A program made the translations under genes and the position numbers. Below, piece by piece: positions 17,705 through 25,086 of a DNA stretch of 64,000 nucleotides. Each line of letters starts with the position of its first letter. Within the stretch, counting starts at the first letter, position 1. This stretch comes from a virus: positions 27,462 through 91,461 of IMG/VR virus record IMGVR_UViG_3300009157_000018. The stretch is one strand, 5' to 3'. The notes under the pieces are model-generated. The model was not told the DNA's origin, ran no database searches, and worked only from the letters and a program-made list of their open reading frames with translations.

Positions 17705-17777
17705 GCTGATATTGCCGTGTAGGAGATACGGCGACGACCACCCCGCTCCCTACGAAGCGACGGGCTCTGACCCCCCT

Positions 17778-17851
17778 TGGCTGGCTCGCTAGGATTCGAA
17801 CCTAGATAGTGAGGACCAAAATCTCACGTCCTGCCGTTAGACGACAAGCCA
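17778..17851 (-). tRNA. tRNA-Gln(TTG)
   Basis: U1-A72, loop TT-TTG-GT, G73, CCA. Confidence 0.9.
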
Positions 17852-18113
17852 ACGCTATTGTGGCGGTAGTACTCCCCAGGCTATGGTGGGCCAAGGACCG
17901 CCGAATAAATGCGCTTACTAGCCTTGCGTCCAAGGCCACCCCGCCTCCAGGCTTTCTACTAAAGTGCCTATTCCCTCAGCGCGTAGTCCAAGGAGCAGAG
18001 GCCCGAAGGCATGCTCCCGGTTAAAATAAGGTCAGGATGGATCACTGCAGGTCTCATCAACGCACCGGTATCTACTTGCCGGAGGCTCTCTCTTGGCCTA
18101 CTGACCTTATAAA

Positions 18114-18198
18114 TGGTGGAGGCGCCGACGAGTTGCACATCGGGTCCGAAACCGTTCTCTTGCGAGGCTTACAGCTTCGTCGAACCTATCTCACCCCC
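18114..18198 (-). ncRNA. Mini-tmRNA: tRNA-like domain only, no tag reading frame
   Basis: GGGGGTG-AGATAGGTTCGAC-GAAGCTGT...ACGGTTTC-GGAC-CCGATG-TGCAACT-CGTCGG-CGCCTCC-ACCA. G3-U70, A73, stemless D loop ending TTCGAC, P2-like stem capped by a GCAA hairpin. Confidence 0.8.
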
Positions 18199-18202
18199 AG
18201 GT

Positions 18203-18277
18203 TGGCTGGCACGGAAGGGATCGAACCTTCGAATACACGGTTAACAGCCGCGCTCTTTACCGCTCAGACACATGCCA
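18203..18277 (-). tRNA. tRNA-Asn(GTT)
   Basis: Loop CT-GTT-AA, G73, CCA. Confidence 0.9.
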
Positions 18278-18284
18278 ACGCTAA

Positions 18285-19083
18285 TGGCGAACACGATCAA
18301 TGTTTCGGTGCGGTCCATATCACGATAGTACCTCAGGTGATCGACCCTTCGCTACGTTGAACCCTATCCTAGTTCGCCTAAGCCAGCGTTTGAACAGGGG
18401 CGACCCGTCAACCTCTGGCTGTATAAATGATGCTGCTAGATTATCTGGACCTAGGAATCGACCGTCGCCTTAGAGGTCGTCTAATGTCCCTAACCTGAAA
18501 TGCATTAAGCCTAGCCTTCGGATTGAATAATCCGATCTTAGGCTTATAAGAACGGGGAACTCTAAAAAATTTCCCAGGCATAATATCCCCTAATCTGTTG
18601 GTCAGCGTCATCCTCATATCTGACCTGTCAGCCCCTCTATACTCCATTCCGAGTGCCCTAGCACTTTAGGTATAGAACCTTGTGGCCGTTGCCACGCTGC
18701 TGACTTCCCGTCGTGGATTCTCCCAAGTCTGTGTCCTTTAATTTCCAGACTATATCCAGCTCGCGGGAAGCGATAATGGATAGTTGTGAAAGCCACAACA
18801 AGAGTCACCACTATAAAATACCTTTGGGGAGTTTATGGGAAGGTGTACACCACTACTCTTGCTCTTGCAAGTCCTGCTCCCCAAAGGCAGTTAAATTGGC
18901 TTCGCGGGTTTCTAGTAAGACCCCAAGCCAGTTACCTTCTGCCACAACTAGAACACGGCGGTAACGAATAAATGAGGTAAGGCTTGCCTGGATACGCTAC
19001 CCATGACCAAGGCGTCCGTCCAGGGCGATGGAATCCAAGCCATCGCCGTGCGTGGGGAGGAGGTACCCCACACCGTATTCGCC
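18285..19083 (-). ncRNA. Large (~799 nt) multi-hairpin ncRNA, GOLLD-like candidate
   Basis: 12-bp closing helix GGCGAATACGGT/ATCGTGTTCGCC ending in CCA; more than 12 internal helices and a pseudoknot; no credible ORF; inside a phage tRNA cluster. Confidence 0.65.
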
Positions 19084-19171
19084 AATTGTTAAAGTTGCTG
19101 TGACCCCGGCCGGGTTCTCCCTTGGTTCGCTACCAGAGCCACAGCAAATAATTGGTACGTCCTACAGGAAA

Positions 19172-19248
19172 TGGTAGGGACCCCGAGAGTCGAACTCGGC
19201 TAAACTACCTTATCAGAGTAGCGCTCACGACCGGCCTGCCCGATCCCT
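19172..19248 (-). tRNA. tRNA-Ile(GAT)
   Basis: Loop CT-GAT-AA, A73, CCA. Confidence 0.85.
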
Positions 19249-19249
19249 A

Positions 19250-19327
19250 TGGTAGCCTCTCATGGAATCGAACCATGCTCTGAGCCGCTTATAAGACGGA
19301 TTCCCTCTACCAGAGAGAACAGAGGCC
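19250..19327 (-). tRNA. tRNA-Ile(TAT)
   Basis: Loop CT-TAT-AA, A73, CCA. Confidence 0.82.
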
Positions 19328-19335
19328 ATTCTGAT

Positions 19336-19409
19336 TGGTTGCGGGTACGAGAATCGAACTCGTTATCCACAGGTTATGAGCCTGGGCAACCCACCAGGGT
19401 CTACCCGCG
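19336..19409 (-). tRNA. Initiator tRNA-fMet(CAT)
   Basis: C1-A72 mismatch, CGCGGG 5' end, loop CT-CAT-AA, CCA. Confidence 0.85.
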
Positions 19410-19417
19410 AAGATCAT

Positions 19418-19491
19418 TGGAGCAGATAGCCGGGTTCGAACCGACGATTCCTGCATGGCACGCAAGCGTGTTACCACTATACCATATCTGC
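19418..19491 (-). tRNA. tRNA-Gly(GCC)
   Basis: Loop GT-GCC-AT, U73, CCA. Confidence 0.9.
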
Positions 19492-19492
19492 T

Positions 19493-19567
19493 TGGCTGCG
19501 TCTCTTCGATTCGAACGAAGGGTACACGGGTTCAGAGCCCGCCGCCTTACCGCTTGGCTAAGACGCA
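19493..19567 (-). tRNA. tRNA-Gln(CTG)
   Basis: U1-A72, loop CT-CTG-AA, CCA. Confidence 0.9.
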
Positions 19568-19678
19568 AAGATGTGTACGGTCTTAAGGCAAGGAGACCAT
19601 CACAGGAGGTTTACCGCTCTGGCATTGCTGCCCTCTCGGTCTAACTCAGCACAGCTAGTACACAGACCCGTACTTAAT

Positions 19679-19765
19679 TGGCGGAAGTTGTAGGACTCGA
19701 ACCCACACGGGCTTTCACACCCATCACTCTTTTCAGGAGAGCTAAGTACACCAATACGAACTTCC
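19679..19765 (-). tRNA. tRNA-Ser(TGA)
   Basis: Long variable arm, loop CC-TGA-AA, short D arm, G73, CCA. Confidence 0.8.
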
Positions 19766-19873
19766 GCGTTTGTTAATTTTGACCCCGGTTACCTGACCAC
19801 CGAAGTGACCAACCAACCAATCCACCGACTCGCCGGGGGTCGTTCCAAGGCTGCACCAAGGAGGACAGTGCTA

Positions 19874-19902
19874 ACTGTAACACAGCTCTTTGGGCTTGTC
19901 AA
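19874..19902 (-). promoter_or_regulatory. Promoter at the head of the tRNA island
   Basis: CACTTGACA-17-TACAGT; the same motif recurs at 54964-54992 and 62310-62338. Confidence 0.7.
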
Positions 19903-19957
19903 GTGCGAATCGGCGCGAGGGACGCCCGGACTAAGCCGAGCGCCCCCCGCAGGCCAT

Positions 19958-21193
19958 CTAGACATGCTTAGTGATGTACCAAGTGAAGTTCTGCGAGTTG
20001 GTGAAGGTATATTGCTTCCCAACCTGAGCATCCACTGCTACATCTTTCACATCTCCTGTAATCGTCACACCAGACAACACATCGGTTCGAAGAACCTGGT
20101 GGGTGTCGGGATGCTTGAATTCCAACTTGATGGCAATGTCATTTCGGAATGCATCGACGGGGAAATCAGTATCAGTTGTAGCGGTGCTACCACCAATCAT
20201 GATCTTCTCTAGATCGAAGTCTTCCGCGAAGACAGTGAAGTTACCCGTTACATCGGCTGGAGTCTGACGCCATGATCCAACCTTTTGGCTACCCATTCCT
20301 TCTTCGCTCTGGGCGTTGAAGTTCATGGTTGCGTCAACGCTCTGCATACCTCTCACTTGCATGCCATTAGGGGCGTTTGCAGTGATGGTAACAGGGATAT
20401 GATAGTAACCACGAATAGCTGCAGGACTTACGGTGTCCTTGGCTTGGAACGGATCAGGAGTCGTGCCACCAGTACGCTGGTAAGACCACGCGAACTGAGT
20501 GCCGTTAGCGATCTGGGCAAGGATCGTCGCGTTGGTAATCGAAACAACCGTACCGCTACATACAAAGTCGTCATTTTCCAGAAGATAAGTGGTAGAACCT
20601 GATGGCTGAGCCATCTGGGCGCTAATCAAGAAGTTTCCAGAAGCCTGCCCACGCGTTAGCGCAATAGCAGTATTCGACAATGTATAGACGGCCTGGCTAG
20701 CACCTGATGCTGTCTGATTATCAACTTGAACAAATCGCTCAAATGCGGTCTTGTTGTCCGCAGTCAGATCGAAGGTCTCCGTTGCCGATGCATTGGTAGC
20801 CGCTTGAATACGGTAACTACCGACTGTTGCCTGCCGAACGTAAACGCTCTGCAACCATGCAGTACGAGCAGTGTTTCTCTGCATCATTAGAACGTCAACA
20901 TCAGCGTTGCCAAGCATATCCTGAACAGTCTTATTTGACCAGGTATGCGAAGGATCGAAGTTCGCAAACATCGAAATCAATCGAGCATTGACTAAGTTGG
21001 CGTCAATAGGTAGCGTGACATCAGGAGAATCGAAGCTGATACCTACAACGGTTTCGTTTCCGATTTCCTTTTCCACGGTATTTGGCCGCTGAGCATTCGT
21101 GTTAGCAGACTGTACACGGCGAGCCTGTGAACTAGCTGCTGGAGTGACAATAAACGGCGCTAAGTTTGCTGGGTCTTGTGATAGACGGCCCAT
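19958..21193 (-). CDS. Major tail (tube) protein
   Basis: 411 aa, Thr/Ala/Val-rich and beta-type; follows the putative tail terminator. Confidence 0.75.
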   Translation of the reverse strand: MGRLSQDPANLAPFIVTPAASSQARRVQSANTNAQRPNTVEKEIGNETVVGISFDSPDVTLPIDANLVNARLISMFANFDPSHTWSNKTVQDMLGNADVDVLMMQRNTARTAWLQSVYVRQATVGSYRIQAATNASATETFDLTADNKTAFERFVQVDNQTASGASQAVYTLSNTAIALTRGQASGNFLISAQMAQPSGSTTYLLENDDFVCSGTVVSITNATILAQIANGTQFAWSYQRTGGTTPDPFQAKDTVSPAAIRGYYHIPVTITANAPNGMQVRGMQSVDATMNFNAQSEEGMGSQKVGSWRQTPADVTGNFTVFAEDFDLEKIMIGGSTATTDTDFPVDAFRNDIAIKLEFKHPDTHQVLRTDVLSGVTITGDVKDVAVDAQVGKQYTFTNSQNFTWYITKHV

Positions 21194-21214
21194 AGAAATA
21201 TTCCTCCGATGGAA

Positions 21215-21697
21215 TTACGCCTCCACAACTCTACGAAGAGTTGAGAAGACTTGAGCTCTGAATCTTGACTTTTCTGGCAAGATTGACAGAGTAGGAATCT
21301 TTTCCCACCCAACATCATCGGTCACGAAGTAGTCATTAATCGTAGGACTAGTCTCGTTCCCGGTGGTGAAGTTGTAGATTGGAATGATGTCACGAATCAT
21401 GTTCTCAATCGTTTCAGCCAACCGGACTCTCTGTGCATCATTCGCCCCATAAATGTGACAAAAGATGATTCGCTCTTTCGCGTGATTTCCGAGCTCATAC
21501 CCCGTAGGCGTACTACTTCGAAGTTCGATGTAGACGCTGGGCACAGAGATTTCCTCATATACCGGCCAACCATCACGCACCTGAGATACTGTTACAGTAT
21601 CCCAGCCTAAAGCGCTCAGGCCACTCTGGATAAAATAGGTTGCGGAGTACTGGTCAATCTCAGCATCCGACAATGTAGTAGGTGTTGGGTTCGGCAT
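21215..21697 (-). CDS. Tail terminator-like protein
   Basis: Size, position, and P.V.I...G.ELG...HIYG pattern. Confidence 0.6.
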   Translation of the reverse strand: MPNPTPTTLSDAEIDQYSATYFIQSGLSALGWDTVTVSQVRDGWPVYEEISVPSVYIELRSSTPTGYELGNHAKERIIFCHIYGANDAQRVRLAETIENMIRDIIPIYNFTTGNETSPTINDYFVTDDVGWEKIPTLSILPEKSRFRAQVFSTLRRVVEA

Positions 21698-21700
21698 CGC

Positions 21701-22384
21701 TTAGTTACCAAACGGAGTCTTGCGATAGTTCCTTGAAGCAGGACGCTTGGCAAAGCGACCATCTGGAGAGCGGAACACACTCTGCATGTTTTCTTGCACT
21801 CTGTTTCTAACTGTATCCCTTGCAACATGAGTAGCTTTCGCAATAAAGTTACTCGGCGTGCTTTCGACAACGAACGAAGTTGGTTCAACGCCTGCTATTG
21901 AAGGCATATCGCCCAAGACAGCTGAGAACCCGGCGTTAAGAAATACCCATTGAGGAGTCTTCTCGCCCCAATAGTCCAGCCGACCTTCTGTAACTTGTTC
22001 TCGACGTGCTGCACTAGCGAGGACTCTGGCTCTAAAGAGATCGAAGCGGCCAGTTCCTCCGTGCCATAAACCAGGAACACCGAATATTTCCTCGATATCC
22101 CCTTCGTCACCTACGATATCAGTATCAAAGATACCGAAGGCATGTCTTCCCCCTGTTCGGAAAGTCCGGCTGATATTCTCAGCAAACTGTCTAATGCTAA
22201 AACCAACTTGTGCATATGTTTCCGGGTTGGCTGCAACAGAATTGATGATTGTATCTTTAGCCTTATCTAATCCGAATCTAATCCCATCATCAATTGCCCC
22301 GCTATCGTTCTCGATAGCGTCAACTATATTGGTGATGCGTTGTGTGAAATTTTTAGAGTCAATTAGTACCGGCACGGGATTCAA
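21701..22384 (-). CDS. Neck / tail completion protein (putative)
   Basis: Position in the head-tail joining block. Confidence 0.5.
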   Translation of the reverse strand: MNPVPVLIDSKNFTQRITNIVDAIENDSGAIDDGIRFGLDKAKDTIINSVAANPETYAQVGFSIRQFAENISRTFRTGGRHAFGIFDTDIVGDEGDIEEIFGVPGLWHGGTGRFDLFRARVLASAARREQVTEGRLDYWGEKTPQWVFLNAGFSAVLGDMPSIAGVEPTSFVVESTPSNFIAKATHVARDTVRNRVQENMQSVFRSPDGRFAKRPASRNYRKTPFGN

Positions 22385-22580
22385 CCTCGGTGTTGGTGAT
22401 TCGCGTATACATGATCCGCTTGGACGCGTTCATCGTATCTTTCACGATACGACTGATCCGCTCGTCCTTACCACCAAGATGAGCTTCGATATCCGATAGC
22501 AGCGCCGCAATACCACGATTGGTGTGCTGTTGAAGCGCTTCTGCAATAAACTGTTCAGTGACTAAATCCAGTTTTGCCAT
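22359..22580 (-). CDS. Hypothetical protein
   Basis: 73-aa ORF within the operon. Confidence 0.55.
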   Translation of the reverse strand: MAKLDLVTEQFIAEALQQHTNRGIAALLSDIEAHLGGKDERISRIVKDTMNASKRIMYTRITNTEVESRAGTN

Positions 22581-22581
22581 C

Positions 22582-22989
22582 CTAATCCTTCCGTGTCAAT
22601 GCTAATATCAATCGCGACTGGCCCATCGCTTCTCCTGGGTCCTCGTTAAAGAGGAAATTCCATTGAACCCCATCCATCTCAACATAGTCACAGTTGTTCA
22701 AGGTGCTTCGGTAGCGGGCATCCACCTTGACAGAACACTGTCCCAAGAAGGTAAGGCCACCAGCCACCGGGTTCCATCGCTTCACTGCACCAGGCTGGTA
22801 ATAACTTGTTATGTAGATTGGAGTCCACTTATTGTCATAGCCTGTCCCATCGCAATGATCACACTCAATGTTGACAGCTACATTGCCGAGGGCGTTGAGG
22901 CCGCCGCAGACCGCGCAGAAGACGAGTTCCTCTTCCGGGGTTCTTGCATAGGCGATGATTGTTTTTGGTCGCTTAAAACTGGTTGGCAT
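22582..22989 (-). CDS. Head closure / neck protein with CxxC...CxxCxGTG Zn finger (putative)
   Basis: Start ATG 22989 after GAGG; CAVC...CDHCDGTG; position. Confidence 0.55.
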   Translation of the reverse strand: MPTSFKRPKTIIAYARTPEEELVFCAVCGGLNALGNVAVNIECDHCDGTGYDNKWTPIYITSYYQPGAVKRWNPVAGGLTFLGQCSVKVDARYRSTLNNCDYVEMDGVQWNFLFNEDPGEAMGQSRLILALTRKD

Positions 22990-24227
22990 GTCGCCTCGAT
23001 GATCTTCTGTAATTCCTGAGCTTTGGATTCCCATGTATGCGGAATAGCCCACTTGTGTGCCCGCTCAACCGTTTCGGCTACATGCTCAGGATGCGTATAC
23101 ACAAATTCCAGTTGCTCTGCTAGCGAGCGCCAAGAAGGCTTCGCGAAGAAGGAATACGCTGCCATGTTGCCAGGTTCATAATCCTGTACATCAATGAAAT
23201 ACCCTCGCCCGCGTTCGTGGAGCTCAACCTGAGGCCCAAATTTAGTCGCGATCACTGGCGTCTTGGTAATCATGGCTTCTAGGCTTGGAAGGCCGAAGCC
23301 TTCGCCACGTGTTGGGAAAGCCAACACATCAGCCGCGTTATAGAAGATGTTCATCTCTTCGTCGGTAAAGATGTTGGCGTTCTGCATCAGAACCGCATCA
23401 ACCAACCCGTAAATGTCCCGGAGGTTAAATAGCGACCACCCACCGTGGGTCGGACTCATCGGATTAGCCGAAGTATGAGGGATAAGGAACATTTCCTTAT
23501 CAGGATGGAGTTTTCGAAACTCCATATAGCCCTTAAACAGAGTAGGAATGTCCTTACGCCATTGATTCGTGCCAACGAAGTAAACTAGGAACTTGTCTCT
23601 GAAATCAGGGATTACTGATCCCCGATTGTACTTACGGAACACATCGCTGAGTTCCTTCTTGGCCTGTTCCTTAGGAATCGGGAAGTAAACTTTCGGATCG
23701 TATCCGTGATACAGGACCGGCATCTTCTCGAAGTCCGGGGAAGTCCGGGCCATCATTGCCTTTTGCCAGTAGGAATACGAAATCACTTCATCGAAGTTGG
23801 CCGCGATATCAGCGAACGCTGGAGGAAATGGCTCCGAATCCATAGGCGAGTAAATGATCTTCTTAGCCCGATGCTTACCCAGAGGAGTAAGTTCTTTCGT
23901 TTCCCGGTCGCCCAAATAACGCATTACCACAGGGAAGTCGTTATTGATAAAGATTACATCTGGATCAAAGGTGCGAACCCACGCATTGGACTTGGTGTAA
24001 CCAAACGGGTCCATCGCGTTATACATACCTGTCGGATCGGGAGAATAGAATCCAGCTGGGACCAACTTCCACGGAGTAGTTACCGGCTCCAGGTCATTGT
24101 AGTTAATGCCCAAGTGCAGAATCTCGTATTTCCCTGTCTTATACAGGTTTGTAAGTAAGCCCTTGGCAACTATGCCAAACCCAGTGCGTCCATGGTCACC
24201 GATGTACATCAATTTCAGTTTTTCCAA
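22878..24227 (-). CDS. Glycosyltransferase, GT-B fold (GT4-like)
   Basis: TGFG N-terminal motif, VGTNQWRKD, YNAADV..FPTRGEGFGLPSLEAM...PVI. Confidence 0.9.
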   Translation of the reverse strand: MEKLKLMYIGDHGRTGFGIVAKGLLTNLYKTGKYEILHLGINYNDLEPVTTPWKLVPAGFYSPDPTGMYNAMDPFGYTKSNAWVRTFDPDVIFINNDFPVVMRYLGDRETKELTPLGKHRAKKIIYSPMDSEPFPPAFADIAANFDEVISYSYWQKAMMARTSPDFEKMPVLYHGYDPKVYFPIPKEQAKKELSDVFRKYNRGSVIPDFRDKFLVYFVGTNQWRKDIPTLFKGYMEFRKLHPDKEMFLIPHTSANPMSPTHGGWSLFNLRDIYGLVDAVLMQNANIFTDEEMNIFYNAADVLAFPTRGEGFGLPSLEAMITKTPVIATKFGPQVELHERGRGYFIDVQDYEPGNMAAYSFFAKPSWRSLAEQLEFVYTHPEHVAETVERAHKWAIPHTWESKAQELQKIIEATCQPVLSDQKQSSPMQEPRKRNSSSARSAAASTPSAM

Positions 24228-24283
24228 CCGTCCATCCTCTTAGTAGTTCAGCAGTTAGTTCAGCAGTTCCGTAGCCTATATAA

Positions 24284-24294
24284 ATTATACCACA
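24284..24294 (-). promoter_or_regulatory. Extended -10 promoter TGTGGTATAAT, followed by a 12-bp tandem repeat (24244-24267)
   Basis: Consensus TGnTATAAT; TAGTTCAGCAGT x2 between the promoter and the GT start. Confidence 0.6.
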
Positions 24295-24295
24295 C

Positions 24296-25078
24296 TTATA
24301 CAGGTATTTCGGTAATGGGTTCTGGATCACCTGAGTCTCTGTGCCAATATGTAGCCGAGTCCCATTTGATTCCAGGATAATATACCTTGTCACGGTTGTA
24401 CATTGTGCCGTCTCCGGCTGTGTCAAACCACTCCTCAGCACTCTTATCAGCAATGAAGTCATCCAGCGATTTCCACTCCATCTCGAATGGGGTGCCGTTG
24501 AATGACATTTCAGCATCATGCCAGTTACCTTTGCCTGCCCACCATGCGCTACGCGCCATGAGCGAGGCTACATTGGCGATAAACTCCATGTCAGCTGCCG
24601 TTGCAGTGGGCGTAACAGCTCCAAGCACGCTGGTATATCCAAAGTCAGGTAGGCGTCTCGAAATCCATGCTGTGGCCTGATCAATCCACTCCCGAGCTGC
24701 GTCATCATCTACATGGTCATCGTCAATTGACGAGTCGATAACCTTAGCCCGCCACCGCTCCAAGATCAAATACGAAGTCTTGTTGAAGACGTTGTAATAG
24801 ACCTCCTCGGTCTGCAAGTTGCCGGTCTCGATCAAAACACTGATGTATCCAACATAACGACCCGCATTTGTTGTTGCTGGAGAGGACTGCGGGATCACAT
24901 ACGAAGCGAGTCCAGACTGAACGAAGCAAGTACCGTCATCAACGATCAGGGTACCTGTATCCATGTTGATAATGTCGATGGTCGCGGAGACTGGTAGCAC
25001 AGGAGTGACTCCATCCGCAGCGAATACATCGACACTCAGCGGGCCACCGTAATCTCCAATGTAGAATTTCTGAGCCAT
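24296..25078 (-). CDS. Head-tail adaptor with N-terminal Ig/BppU-like domain (putative)
   Basis: Beta-rich N-terminal half (AGRYVG), helical adaptor-like C-terminal half; position. Confidence 0.5.
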   Translation of the reverse strand: MAQKFYIGDYGGPLSVDVFAADGVTPVLPVSATIDIINMDTGTLIVDDGTCFVQSGLASYVIPQSSPATTNAGRYVGYISVLIETGNLQTEEVYYNVFNKTSYLILERWRAKVIDSSIDDDHVDDDAAREWIDQATAWISRRLPDFGYTSVLGAVTPTATAADMEFIANVASLMARSAWWAGKGNWHDAEMSFNGTPFEMEWKSLDDFIADKSAEEWFDTAGDGTMYNRDKVYYPGIKWDSATYWHRDSGDPEPITEIPV

Positions 25079-25086
25079 AATCGCCT

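Noticed and set aside
17705-17777. HDV-like (theta) ribozyme after tRNA-Gln(TTG)
   Set aside because: I could not build the P1/P1.1 nested double pseudoknot, and the tRNAs already encode CCA
11803-17914. 11-nt complementarity (GCGCATTTATT) between the spacer RNAs at ~11.8 kb and ~17.9 kb
   Set aside because: A single 11-mer match among ~2 kb of spacers is plausible by chance, and in one RNA it overlaps a hairpin arm
10366-19644. Track ORFs overlapping tRNAs (10366-10635, 10455-10832, 11444-11680, 15463-15786, 17289-17698, 19249-19644 and others)
   Set aside because: They are translations of tRNA or ncRNA sequence
7473-19765. Stop-codon reassignment or suppressor tRNAs
   Set aside because: No CTA, TTA or TCA anticodons are present. 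Leu(TAG), Leu(TAA) and Ser(TGA) are ordinary sense anticodons, and long genes are intact in code 11.
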